From a virus, in the IMG/VR virus record IMGVR_UViG_3300022937_000008, positions 32,001 to 96,000 of that record: a DNA stretch of 64,000 nt, one strand, 5' to 3'. A model generated the notes under the pieces. That model saw only the letters and a list, made by a program, of their open reading frames with translations. It was not told where the DNA came from and searched no databases. Shown here piece after piece: positions 36,931-46,180 of the stretch. Position 1 is the stretch's first letter; each line of letters opens with the position of its first letter. Made by a program: the position numbers and the translations under genes.

Positions 36931-37532
36931 ATGTTTCTCAAATTCATGTTAATCACCATTCTAAATTTAGAATTTCTTGCCCATGAAGAACTATGATAAT
37001 ACTTTCCAGGAAATATTAGTATTCTTCCTTTTTTAGGTGTTACTCTTTGCTTAACTGTAAAATTATTTTCTTTTATTCTAATAATATCATCTTGACCGCT
37101 ACTGTATGTGTCGTTGGTTTCGTTAAAAATAACAGTGTCGCCATCGCTATCATTGACATAATATATTGCATTCCAGTGTTCAAAAAAACTATCTATATGC
37201 GGCATATGCCAGTCTAATTTACTTACTTTGTTAGGTAATGTTAAGTTTGCTCGCATTCTAATTAACTGATTAAAAGAAACATTGGCTTGACTTGTGATAC
37301 TTAACACTAAAGGATACATTACATTGAAATGCATACTTTTAGGTTCATTATGTTCATAGAAAAAATGATTAAACCCTGCATGATTGTCTTCTTGTGTTTG
37401 AAAATCTTCATCGCCTGATACCATTGATTGATTGAATACCCAACCAAAATCCCAACCAGTCATTAAATTTAAAATGTGGTCTTGATAGTCTTTAGGTATA
37501 ATATTATCAATTACAATTATATCATTAGTCAT
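36912..37532 (-). CDS. Fe(II)/2OG oxygenase
   Basis: PHID, YYVNDSDGDT, YHSS and RMVIN. Confidence 0.85.
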   Translation of the reverse strand: MTNDIIVIDNIIPKDYQDHILNLMTGWDFGWVFNQSMVSGDEDFQTQEDNHAGFNHFFYEHNEPKSMHFNVMYPLVLSITSQANVSFNQLIRMRANLTLPNKVSKLDWHMPHIDSFFEHWNAIYYVNDSDGDTVIFNETNDTYSSGQDDIIRIKENNFTVKQRVTPKKGRILIFPGKYYHSSSWARNSKFRMVINMNLRNIWNTNS

Positions 37533-38046
37533 GTACTGCTACTCCATAGAAGTTTATAAACAAACTACTATCTTCTTTAGTTTCTCCGTAAAATTTTTCA
37601 ATCTTATGAGGTTTTTCAGGTTCAAATATAACACATCTATTAAACACATTTTCTACTTTAATAGAAGGAACAATAGCATTTGATACTTTACTATAGAATG
37701 TTATTCCTGAATTTTCAGGAGGATTAGGATTTAAAAATATTGTTCCTGCTATATTGTACATTCCATTTAATTCAACTATTTCTGATGTATGTTTACTATC
37801 AACTAAATTAAAATCACAATGCACAAAATTAAATCTATATTTGTTAGGCACATGAACTATTAGTTTTGCAAGAATTGTATCAAACAAATTAAAGTTTATT
37901 TCGTCAAGAGTTTTTGAACGCAATCCGTAATACGCATCATTATCTTGTTCTAAATAATCTAATTTTAAAGCACTGTGTCTAACAAGTGTAGGTGCTTCAA
38001 AAAAATCATCTATAACTTTTACAGGTTGTTTAACGTCTTTGATCAT
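37525..38046 (-). CDS. Degenerate Fe(II)/2OG-oxygenase paralog
   Basis: Resembles the neighbouring 38043 ORF (IDDFFEAP, GLRS, FNRCVIF) but lacks HxD. Confidence 0.6.
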   Translation of the reverse strand: MIKDVKQPVKVIDDFFEAPTLVRHSALKLDYLEQDNDAYYGLRSKTLDEINFNLFDTILAKLIVHVPNKYRFNFVHCDFNLVDSKHTSEIVELNGMYNIAGTIFLNPNPPENSGITFYSKVSNAIVPSIKVENVFNRCVIFEPEKPHKIEKFYGETKEDSSLFINFYGVAVHD

Positions 38047-38750
38047 ATTGCTTTAACAAAAAACACTTGTGTTAATCGGTTAGTGTCTTTACTGTTCCCA
38101 AAAAATTCTTCTGCACTGTGCCATGCTCGTGTGTCAAACATTATACATCTATTGTAGACACTCTCCATAGTTACTGTTTTTTTAAAAAGTTTTGTTTGTT
38201 CTTCTCTGTATTTTTGATATGGTTTTCTTTCTTCTTCAGTATCAGATAATACATCTTTCATAAACTTGTCTGCATATTCATCTAAATTTAGATTATCTTT
38301 ATCTTCATACACAACAGTTCCACTTCCTAGTGGAGCTTCTTTGTTAAGATAAATTACTCCTGCAATATTAAGTTTTGGATCATCGTCGTGTACCCAACCT
38401 CTTCCATATGTTTCATCTACCATGTGGAATGCTGTTTGAAATTCAGAGAAAGATCTATAACCATAATCTCTAATCCAGAAAAGTAATTTTTTTCCGAACA
38501 TTTCAAACAACGGTAAATTATTTTCATGAAATAACTTAGTTCTAAGACCCGGCCAACTACCTCGCTTTCCTTTAAAAAATTCTTGATCTAGTGCAAATTC
38601 TCTCCATAGATCTGGCTCGTCGTAGAAGTTATCTATAATAGTTGTTGGAAAGTAAGGATACAGATTTCTATCTTTAATTTGATTATTAGAGATATACTGA
38701 CTAGAAGCCTTATCGCTTTCTATCAAACTATTAATATAATCGTTATCCAT
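38043..38750 (-). CDS. Fe(II)/2OG oxygenase (DUF6445-like)
   Basis: IDNFY, PGLR, VHDD, IYLN, WHSA and RLTQVFF. Confidence 0.8.
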   Translation of the reverse strand: MDNDYINSLIESDKASSQYISNNQIKDRNLYPYFPTTIIDNFYDEPDLWREFALDQEFFKGKRGSWPGLRTKLFHENNLPLFEMFGKKLLFWIRDYGYRSFSEFQTAFHMVDETYGRGWVHDDDPKLNIAGVIYLNKEAPLGSGTVVYEDKDNLNLDEYADKFMKDVLSDTEEERKPYQKYREEQTKLFKKTVTMESVYNRCIMFDTRAWHSAEEFFGNSKDTNRLTQVFFVKAI

Positions 38751-39348
38751 TCTTTTGACCTGCTGTAAAATTCATAGTAAGTACAATTCTTTGGTTATGC
38801 ATCTTAGGACAAGTACTTGCATGAAAGTGCCAACCATTGAATACAAGAACTTTTCCTTGAAGAGGCTCGCTTTTAAATTTACGATGATACTTTTGTCCTG
38901 TTAATAAAGGTTGATCTTTCTCGTGAAAAATTACAGTATCACCATCGCTTGAATTAACATAATAACACGCTGTAAAATGTTCCTGTTCATAATCTCTATG
39001 CGGAGTATTATATTCATAAGGTAAATGAGGGAAACTATACTTTGTGTTTAACAAAAATCCTAATCTCATTCTAAGTAATGTATGTAATTCTAATCCTGCT
39101 TTTTCACAAGTTGCATTTAACAATGGCATAAAAAAATCTAAGTGAGGATTATGTTGATTATTAGGATGATATATTAAATGAGCAAAACTAGGTGTTGAAT
39201 GTCTTGGATCTTGATCTAAACGATCTTCATATGTAGTATCGTTCATAAAATGCCAGTCAAACTCAATATTAGTAACTTTATTTAAAATTTCCATAGAGTA
39301 ATTGTAATCAATTACATCATATATTTCAATTGGTTCAAAATCAGTCAT
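38743..39348 (-). CDS. Fe(II)/2OG oxygenase
   Basis: PHRD, YYVNSSDGDT and FHAS; paralog of the 36912 ORF. Confidence 0.85.
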   Translation of the reverse strand: MTDFEPIEIYDVIDYNYSMEILNKVTNIEFDWHFMNDTTYEDRLDQDPRHSTPSFAHLIYHPNNQHNPHLDFFMPLLNATCEKAGLELHTLLRMRLGFLLNTKYSFPHLPYEYNTPHRDYEQEHFTACYYVNSSDGDTVIFHEKDQPLLTGQKYHRKFKSEPLQGKVLVFNGWHFHASTCPKMHNQRIVLTMNFTAGQKNG

Positions 39349-40060
39349 GTTGTATCCTATAAAAATTTCTATCAATACTTCCTGTTGCATCTTCAGTTGG
39401 AAGTTTCTGCCAACAAGGAATACTCATAGACAATCGCTTTCCTTTAGGATATGCACAATGATACATTCTTGAAGGAATATATAAAACGTCTCCTGGTTTA
39501 AGTGTAACGTCTATTGCTAGTTCTAAATCATCTTCTTTAAGTTTATTGTTTAGCAAACCAGTTCTATGCATATAAGTTATTCTATTATTAAAAATTTTCC
39601 AGTGTGTTTCGCCTTCAACTTGAATAATAAAATTAGCAGGATAGTCTTCATGTATATTAAAACTTTTTGCATCTTGTAAACCAAAGTAAACATGAATAGC
39701 TGAATTTACACTGTACATACTTTCAAACATTGCAAGAAGTTCCATAGTTTTTTTACTATAGAATGCATAATCTAAATTAATTAAACCGCAACCTTCGTGT
39801 AGTTTGTCAAATAAAAATTGTTTATCTTGAACAGGCCTATTCCATATCCACGATTTATTGTATGCTGGTACTTCTATTTTAGTACCTGTAGGATCAATAA
39901 CTTCAAAATTATACTGTGCTGAATTATTCATAGTCCATTCAACATCGTCCCACGTACAATATATACTAGGATCAGAAATAAGATTTTCCCAATAATGCGG
40001 AGCATCATTGATCATTAAATCTGTTTCTTTAAGAATTCTTTGGGAAATATCTGTCATCAT
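39341..40060 (-). CDS. JmjC / cupin-4 (ribosomal-oxygenase-like) protein hydroxylase
   Basis: SFNIHED, FIIQVEGETHW, LKPGDVLYIP, YH and RLSMS. Confidence 0.85.
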   Translation of the reverse strand: MMTDISQRILKETDLMINDAPHYWENLISDPSIYCTWDDVEWTMNNSAQYNFEVIDPTGTKIEVPAYNKSWIWNRPVQDKQFLFDKLHEGCGLINLDYAFYSKKTMELLAMFESMYSVNSAIHVYFGLQDAKSFNIHEDYPANFIIQVEGETHWKIFNNRITYMHRTGLLNNKLKEDDLELAIDVTLKPGDVLYIPSRMYHCAYPKGKRLSMSIPCWQKLPTEDATGSIDRNFYRIQHD

Positions 40061-40655
40061 CTGTCCTAAAATATTTAACATTCCAAGAAATAGAAATTCT
40101 ATCTTCGTCGGTACTATTTCTTTCTACACCGTGCGGTAAGTTTCCAGGGAATATTAAAATTTTTCCTGTTTCTGCTTCATATCTTATTGCACTTGCACTT
40201 ATTGCTGTGTGTTGCTCAATCGGTGCTCTCGAAGCAACTATAAAATCTGCATTGTAATCTTTATAAAAAATTATTCCACCTTGGTCTGGAGTTGCTTTAA
40301 CATAAAAGGCTCCACTAATAAAAGAATTATCGTGGATATGAACACTATTTGTATCGCCTTTTTTATTAATATTGGCCCAAAGATTTTCAATTACAATAAA
40401 TCCTGCATCTTGATTATAACCATAATCAATTATGCATCGTTGCGCTTGTTCTAATATTAAATCTTCTAAAGGTTTCATTTCAGGATAAGTTCCTGGACGG
40501 AAATCCATTGACTGCCAGCCGCCTTGATTACTTAAATATCTACCTTTTGTATCTTGTTCGTATAATTTATAAACAAGTTTTTCAATACTATCAGTATCAA
40601 TATTAGTTGTTGTCCACCATACTGGAGTAGGAAAGAAATGATCAAAGTGCCACAT
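40029..40655 (-). CDS. Fe(II)/2OG oxygenase (HxH type)
   Basis: FPTP, GGWQS, WANIN, HIH, SGAFYV, PHGV and RISISWN. Confidence 0.88.
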   Translation of the reverse strand: MWHFDHFFPTPVWWTTTNIDTDSIEKLVYKLYEQDTKGRYLSNQGGWQSMDFRPGTYPEMKPLEDLILEQAQRCIIDYGYNQDAGFIVIENLWANINKKGDTNSVHIHDNSFISGAFYVKATPDQGGIIFYKDYNADFIVASRAPIEQHTAISASAIRYEAETGKILIFPGNLPHGVERNSTDEDRISISWNVKYFRTDDDRYFPKNS

Positions 40656-41455
40656 TATCTAATAACCTCCCCAAACGTTTTAGGTGGAGATAAATGTGAA
40701 AATGCAAATGCATGACTCCATCTAAAGTCTACGTTTTCAGAAATCACTGCACTGTGACAAATATTAGCATGATACATAGTCATTTTACCTTTAATACTTG
40801 GTGCTTGTCCTTTATATTCAAACCCCCATTCTGCTAATTCTTCGTCTTTCATATTAAACCAGCTCGGTGCTCTAAAAGGTTTTTCAGCCATTGCTCTCCA
40901 TTTTTCAAACATAGGATGTGTTTGATCTGTTTGAAAATCATATACACTATCCTTTAATACTCCATTATACTTATAAAGTTTTGTACTGCTATCTTTAATA
41001 TCGTGATCTGTAAACCAAAGGTTAGCAACTAATCCTTCAGGGTAATCAACGTGAGGTATTCTCCAACATGAAATAGGTCGTGCTCTATCTTTGTAATAAA
41101 CATTCCCCCATTCATGTATCTGTGGTTCAAATATATCAGGATTAGAATGCTGAATATAGAAATCTCTAATTAACACACATATATCTTGATAAACCCAATT
41201 AGGAAGATGTACAGTGTCAAAAGGATTAGGATCAAAATTATCAGGATGATTATTATCTTTTACAATAGGAAAACATTTAATTAACTCTTGAAAAGTTTCA
41301 AAACCTTCTTCTGTTTTAAAAGGATGATCAGCAATCCAAAACCCTATTCCGTCACCTAGGTCTGTGTATTCAGCATTTAATTCGTAAGGTTTTTTAAATT
41401 TAAAAACTTTATGAAAGTTATTTGCGTCAGGATTACAAACTTTAAAATCTATCAT
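40655..41455 (-). CDS. Putative Fe(II)/2OG oxygenase
   Basis: PHVD, NLW, CHSA and distal Arg. Confidence 0.65.
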   Translation of the reverse strand: MIDFKVCNPDANNFHKVFKFKKPYELNAEYTDLGDGIGFWIADHPFKTEEGFETFQELIKCFPIVKDNNHPDNFDPNPFDTVHLPNWVYQDICVLIRDFYIQHSNPDIFEPQIHEWGNVYYKDRARPISCWRIPHVDYPEGLVANLWFTDHDIKDSSTKLYKYNGVLKDSVYDFQTDQTHPMFEKWRAMAEKPFRAPSWFNMKDEELAEWGFEYKGQAPSIKGKMTMYHANICHSAVISENVDFRWSHAFAFSHLSPPKTFGEVIR

Positions 41456-42033
41456 TTTATATTAAACGTCATTACTATTCTTTCTTCGTTGGTATTATTA
41501 GGCTGTACTCTATGCTTTAACCAACCAGGAAATATTAATACATCATTAGTTTCAACAGGCAATTCGGTATAGTTCCTTTCTCCGATAATAGGAAAAGAGG
41601 TTTTATGATATTCCAGAGGATCTCTAAATTCGATATTACCGGAGTTAGGAGGACATTTAACATAACAACTTGCTACCCAAGTAGCAAAGTTATGTTGATG
41701 TTCTAGTGTATAACCTGTTTTAAAGTGTCTATTAAACCAAGAACCTTGCACCATAGACTGTCTTTCATAGAAGTTATGGTCGTCTTTTATTTGTGTTAAC
41801 CTATCCCCGAGCCAGGCTTGAAAGTCGGAGAGTTCCATCCAAGTGTGAGGTTGCAACATTTCATCATTAGAAACAGTAGATATTGCATCTCCTGCTTCTA
41901 AACTAGAATTCTGATCAACGTGTGATATTGCTTCTTCTATTCTTGGACGTAGTGATTCGTAATTAAACTCGTAACTATACTTGTAAATGAATGGCAAGAA
42001 TAAATGAACACCGCCATTATTCACTGCTTCCAT
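41452..42033 (-). CDS. Fe(II)/2OG oxygenase (HxH type)
   Basis: SWFN, HQH, FRDP, FPGWLKHRV and RIVMTFN. Confidence 0.88.
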   Translation of the reverse strand: MEAVNNGGVHLFLPFIYKYSYEFNYESLRPRIEEAISHVDQNSSLEAGDAISTVSNDEMLQPHTWMELSDFQAWLGDRLTQIKDDHNFYERQSMVQGSWFNRHFKTGYTLEHQHNFATWVASCYVKCPPNSGNIEFRDPLEYHKTSFPIIGERNYTELPVETNDVLIFPGWLKHRVQPNNTNEERIVMTFNIK

Positions 42034-42277
42034 CGTTTTGACCCTGTTCCTCAAGCAAATCGACAGCTAATTGTATACCCATCATTGTACCTTCCATCTT
42101 TAGTACATCTTGAGACAGTTCTTGTCTTTTGCTAAAGTCAATTGATGTAATGCCGTATGGATTCAATTTAACGTTTGCAAAATCTTCTTCTAGTTTTGCG
42201 AGTTCTGCTTCTGCTGCTGTTTTTTGAATTTTTACATTCTCAATAGCACCTAACAGTTTTCCTTTTACTTTTTCCAT
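42017..42277 (-). CDS. Hypothetical coiled-coil protein
   Basis: ORF with GAGGA RBS inside the operon. Confidence 0.65.
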   Translation of the reverse strand: MEKVKGKLLGAIENVKIQKTAAEAELAKLEEDFANVKLNPYGITSIDFSKRQELSQDVLKMEGTMMGIQLAVDLLEEQGQNDGSSE

Positions 42278-42282
42278 TGTTA

Positions 42283-43065
42283 TTATCCTCTGTGTTTATA
42301 CTTAGTTAGAATTTTAGAAGCTCTTTGCAGTCTTGAAGACAGTTGGTCCGTTTCTAAAAATATAGAATTGGCTGCAAAGTTATATGCTCTTTCTTTTTGG
42401 TAATCTAACTCATCTGCATTTTCAATACTAACATCAAACGAATTATATTGCAAGTCTTTTCTTTTGATTGGTATGTATTGGCAAAGTGGAGTTCCTGCTC
42501 GAATTAACGTTTCTCCATTTAGTTGTTTCCAAAATAATTGCACGTTAACAACGTGTGAATATCTTGGATCTAATATTCCAATAGCTGCTTGGAATCTGCT
42601 TTCATTGTTATATGTTACAGGTAATTGCATAAAAACAATGTCATCACTACATTCAACTCTCCACGGAGTTTCAACTTTAATTACTGTTCTTAGTGTATCT
42701 TCTGCACTGTCTAAAATAGGATCAGTTTGTGACGAATCGTGTGAAGCAATATAAGATTCAGTTCCAGGCATTCCTTTGTCAAATTGAATTGGTTCTCTCC
42801 AACTAAAACTTGCTCCGTCACCAGTAGTTTGAATTACAAAATCTGCTGGAGCCGTAATAATCCATCCTGTTGAAGCAATTTTTAAAATGCCCGGGCATTG
42901 CTTAACTGGTCTTACATTTGGCGGAGTTTCTGATTTGGTAAAAGGTCTCTTTAATTCTACACTTCTAATAGGAGGATATAAATCCATAACACCTGGAAAT
43001 GTAGAATAAAATCTTATATAAGGCTTCTTATCAAAATTAAACCAATTTTTAATCTTGTTAAGCAT
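42283..43065 (-). CDS. Hypothetical protein (DUF6065 / dUTPase-fold-like)
   Basis: KQCPG...GWII.AP, PW, GILD and IRAGTPLCQYIP pattern. Confidence 0.55.
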   Translation of the reverse strand: MLNKIKNWFNFDKKPYIRFYSTFPGVMDLYPPIRSVELKRPFTKSETPPNVRPVKQCPGILKIASTGWIITAPADFVIQTTGDGASFSWREPIQFDKGMPGTESYIASHDSSQTDPILDSAEDTLRTVIKVETPWRVECSDDIVFMQLPVTYNNESRFQAAIGILDPRYSHVVNVQLFWKQLNGETLIRAGTPLCQYIPIKRKDLQYNSFDVSIENADELDYQKERAYNFAANSIFLETDQLSSRLQRASKILTKYKHRG

Positions 43066-43066
43066 A

Positions 43067-44689
43067 CTACTCACTATCGTATTCGTCTTTTCCGCCATAT
43101 ATATTTTCTTTTAGGTACTCATAATGTGTTGGTAACTGAGCAATATAATCTGTTATGAATTGTTTATATTCTTCATGTCTGCGTCTAGTATAACCAATTT
43201 GTTCTTCGCGAAGTTCTTGGTCCATTCTATCGCCTGTATTATAAACTAGTTCTGGAGTTCCCATTGGTCTAATTCCCATACCTGCGGCAATAAACATATT
43301 ACCGGTATAATCTAATACATAAGAACTATTACCCATAATTGCATCCATCATATGAGAATACTGTGTGTGTCGAAGTAAATACTCTCCTTGCATCTCAGGA
43401 TCATAATCATTTATTTCTGTACACCAATTCCAGTAAGGTGTATCTTGACGCATACTCCATGCATAGTGTTGTGACACAAAATCTCTAAACTTAGTAACAT
43501 CGTAATCACAAGCCATATTAAAGCCTTCTCTTTCCATACGTGTTACATAACCTTCTCTTCTGTTTAATGCTTCAACTAGTTTAACAATGTTTTCGTGTGT
43601 TGTCAATAACCCAGTAGACTCAAGAGGTTCTACAAAGCCATAACTTAATCCAACACCAACAACATTTCCTTTCCATGCTCTATGACGTTTACCGTGTTTA
43701 ATTTTAATCATAAAAGGTTCAGCATTTTCAGCAACTTCAGGACTATGATATTTTGCAAGGTAATCTATAAATTCTTTTTTAGCATCTTCTTCTGTTGTGA
43801 ATCTAGTAGAGAAAACATAACCAGTTCCTATTCTATTCCACAATGGTATTGTCCAAACCCAGCCATTATCTAATGCATGACAATCAGTAACATTATGCAT
43901 TTGTGTTTTTCTGTCCGTATAAGGAATTCTAACTGCCCATGCTCTATCGTTTGCTAGATGTTTGTTGAAAGGAATAAAGTGAGATCCCATCCAATTTTCT
44001 AACATTATAGATCTAAATCCAGTACAGTCAATCCATAGATCTGATTCTAATATAGTTCCATCTTCGCAAAACACTTGTTGAATATATGTATGTGTGTTAT
44101 CTTTTTTGTGAGAATGAATATCTGCTTTAATGTGTTTAACGCCATTTGGCAAAGCAATATTATCTCTTAGATATTGACCAAACAAACTAGCATCCATATG
44201 ATATGCTGTGTCGTACTTAAAATCAAAATGTCTAATAATTTTATCTTCATTTCTAGTTTGTTTATTATACTTTGCTAGTAGTGTATTACCAGTAGCAAAG
44301 AATTCAGCGAAAGATTCAGGACCAAATTCTTTAGGATAAAGTGCAGAAAGATAAATCCAATCACTGATTCCATTAGGTTTATCTGTAAAGTCTAAGCCGT
44401 TACTAAAAGGATATTCAAAAAATGTACCGTCTTTTTCTCTAAAGTTTGTAAATCTAATAGAATTTTTGTATGTAGCATTACAAGCTGCCATCCAATCTTC
44501 ATCTTTTAAATCTAATAAGCGTAAAAATTTATTAATGTGTCCAAGTGTGCTTTCTCCGACACCTACTGGCCCTACGAACGGAGATTCTACCAGTGTTATA
44601 TCTAGATGTGGGCAAAGTTTTGAAAGTGCTGCCGCTGTCATCCAACCACTAGATCCGCCGCCTACAATGGTAACTGTTTTATATTTCAT
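43067..44689 (-). CDS. Flavin-dependent halogenase (tryptophan halogenase family)
   Basis: GGGSSG, GVGEST, ATYK, WVWTIP and FVEPLESTG. Confidence 0.92.
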   Translation of the reverse strand: MKYKTVTIVGGGSSGWMTAAALSKLCPHLDITLVESPFVGPVGVGESTLGHINKFLRLLDLKDEDWMAACNATYKNSIRFTNFREKDGTFFEYPFSNGLDFTDKPNGISDWIYLSALYPKEFGPESFAEFFATGNTLLAKYNKQTRNEDKIIRHFDFKYDTAYHMDASLFGQYLRDNIALPNGVKHIKADIHSHKKDNTHTYIQQVFCEDGTILESDLWIDCTGFRSIMLENWMGSHFIPFNKHLANDRAWAVRIPYTDRKTQMHNVTDCHALDNGWVWTIPLWNRIGTGYVFSTRFTTEEDAKKEFIDYLAKYHSPEVAENAEPFMIKIKHGKRHRAWKGNVVGVGLSYGFVEPLESTGLLTTHENIVKLVEALNRREGYVTRMEREGFNMACDYDVTKFRDFVSQHYAWSMRQDTPYWNWCTEINDYDPEMQGEYLLRHTQYSHMMDAIMGNSSYVLDYTGNMFIAAGMGIRPMGTPELVYNTGDRMDQELREEQIGYTRRRHEEYKQFITDYIAQLPTHYEYLKENIYGGKDEYDSE

Positions 44690-44745
44690 ATTATATCCTT
44701 TATTAAGTACGTATATTATTTAGCTGAAGTTTTATGGTGTGATCA

Positions 44746-44779
44746 GTAAAAAAGGCACTTAAAGAAAGTGCCTTTTTAC
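44746..44779 (-). terminator. Rho-independent terminator ending the fibre operon
   Basis: AAAAAGGCACTT-aaaga-AAGTGCCTTTTT inverted repeat. Confidence 0.85.
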
Positions 44780-44798
44780 CGTAATAGGGAGTGAGTAA

Positions 44799-45299
44799 TT
44801 ACTGTTGGTTGCCCCACCAACCTCTGTAGCGTCTCCATGCTGGAATTTCCGGAGTACCTGGCATATTTGCTTTATCTACACTAGGTTCTTCGACAGCAGC
44901 TTTCGCTTGTAATTCTTCAAGTGTCATTGGTGGTTCTGGTGGTAGTGGTTTATCAATTAGAGCTTTTACATTTGTAATGTGTGTAGCCCAAGGACCATTA
45001 ATCGAAATGGTTCCTGTTGCTTTTAGCTCGTCATAAATCATACCTAATTGAGCGCCAACTTCACCGTATGCAACTTTTCTTGCTACTTCGTTAGCATTTG
45101 GTGAATAAGGCATATCTCTTTCAACCCAAATCATCTCTTGTCTAGACGGAGACCATTCTAATGTCCAATCTAGTGTGATTTCATCAGGTGCATCAACCCA
45201 TTGCATATTCGCATCTGGGCCGTTGTAAATCTCATACTCTTCGCCGGGGTTTCTAATTTCGGATACCCAGCCTTGATAACCGATAAGTGCTTTTTTCAT
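44799..45299 (-). CDS. Putative tail-fibre assembly/chaperone-like protein
   Basis: R..AY.....QL..IY...W...I..VK pattern; directly downstream of the fibre paralogs. Confidence 0.5.
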   Translation of the reverse strand: MKKALIGYQGWVSEIRNPGEEYEIYNGPDANMQWVDAPDEITLDWTLEWSPSRQEMIWVERDMPYSPNANEVARKVAYGEVGAQLGMIYDELKATGTISINGPWATHITNVKALIDKPLPPEPPMTLEELQAKAAVEEPSVDKANMPGTPEIPAWRRYRGWWGNQQ

Positions 45300-45303
45300 A
45301 ATG

Positions 45304-46158
45304 TTATTTATACTCCTCTATTACGCAAAGTCCTGGTCTTCCATTTGAACCGCGGTGTCCATGGAAGTATCCACCTGTTCCTCCTGTACCTGGAGCAGAG
45401 TGTCCTTGATGGTTGTGAGCAAAGTGTCCTCCCTGTGGGTGACCGGAAGGTGCTGCACCTCCAAAATATGTTGTTCCGCCTGGTCCAAAACTATCGTGAT
45501 GGGCGCCGCCACCACCTTGGTGAATATTTAAATTTCCTCCACCGGCACTGCCGCTTACGCCGCCCGAGTGGTTGTTCTGTCTATTAGCACCGTGGCCGCC
45601 TTGAGCGGACATATATGGTCCAAAACTAGAACCGCCGCCATTGCCAGCTCTACCGTTATAGTAAGTTCCGCTGGATTCTCCTGAAATACTTACTGATACT
45701 GAACCGATGCTTGTTACATCCATAATTCTTTCTGAGTATCCACCAGCACCACCTGATTCTCCGTGACCTGATCCGCCACCTCCACCAGCAACTAGTTTAA
45801 CTCTAATATATCTTACACCAGATGGTCTATTCCAAGTGCCACTACCTGTAAACACTTGCATTCCACTAAAACCAACTTGTGCATATTCTAGTGCATTGTT
45901 AGCAGAGTTAGTTCTTAAAACTGTGTTATTTCCGCCAACACTTGTAAGTCCTGTACCACCTTTTGTTACCGGAATAGTACCTGTTACAACAGATGAGCCT
46001 AAATTTACTGCATTATTTGCTAGTTTACCAGCTGTAACTGCTGTGCCTGCAACATCGTCAGCAACAATACTAGTATTTGCAATTTTTCCTGTCTGAATAG
46101 TACCGTCGACAAACGATACCCCAGTTAGTTGTTTTAGTGTTTGATAATTAAATGCCAT
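45304..46158 (-). CDS. Gly/His-rich fibre or adhesin protein, paralog 3
   Basis: MAFNYQTLK; GGTG shaft motif; FTGSGTW..P.GV glycine-rich domain; HPQGGHFAHNHQGH. Confidence 0.75.
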   Translation of the reverse strand: MAFNYQTLKQLTGVSFVDGTIQTGKIANTSIVADDVAGTAVTAGKLANNAVNLGSSVVTGTIPVTKGGTGLTSVGGNNTVLRTNSANNALEYAQVGFSGMQVFTGSGTWNRPSGVRYIRVKLVAGGGGGSGHGESGGAGGYSERIMDVTSIGSVSVSISGESSGTYYNGRAGNGGGSSFGPYMSAQGGHGANRQNNHSGGVSGSAGGGNLNIHQGGGGAHHDSFGPGGTTYFGGAAPSGHPQGGHFAHNHQGHSAPGTGGTGGYFHGHRGSNGRPGLCVIEEYK

Positions 46159-46180
46159 CTTTATTTCCTACTCATATTTA

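Noticed and set aside
29865-44689. Halogenase/oxygenase block as a captured bacterial secondary-metabolite cluster
   Set aside because: No scaffold synthase, transporter, regulator or integration boundary; it uses the same TAAATA motif and gene packing as the phage genes.
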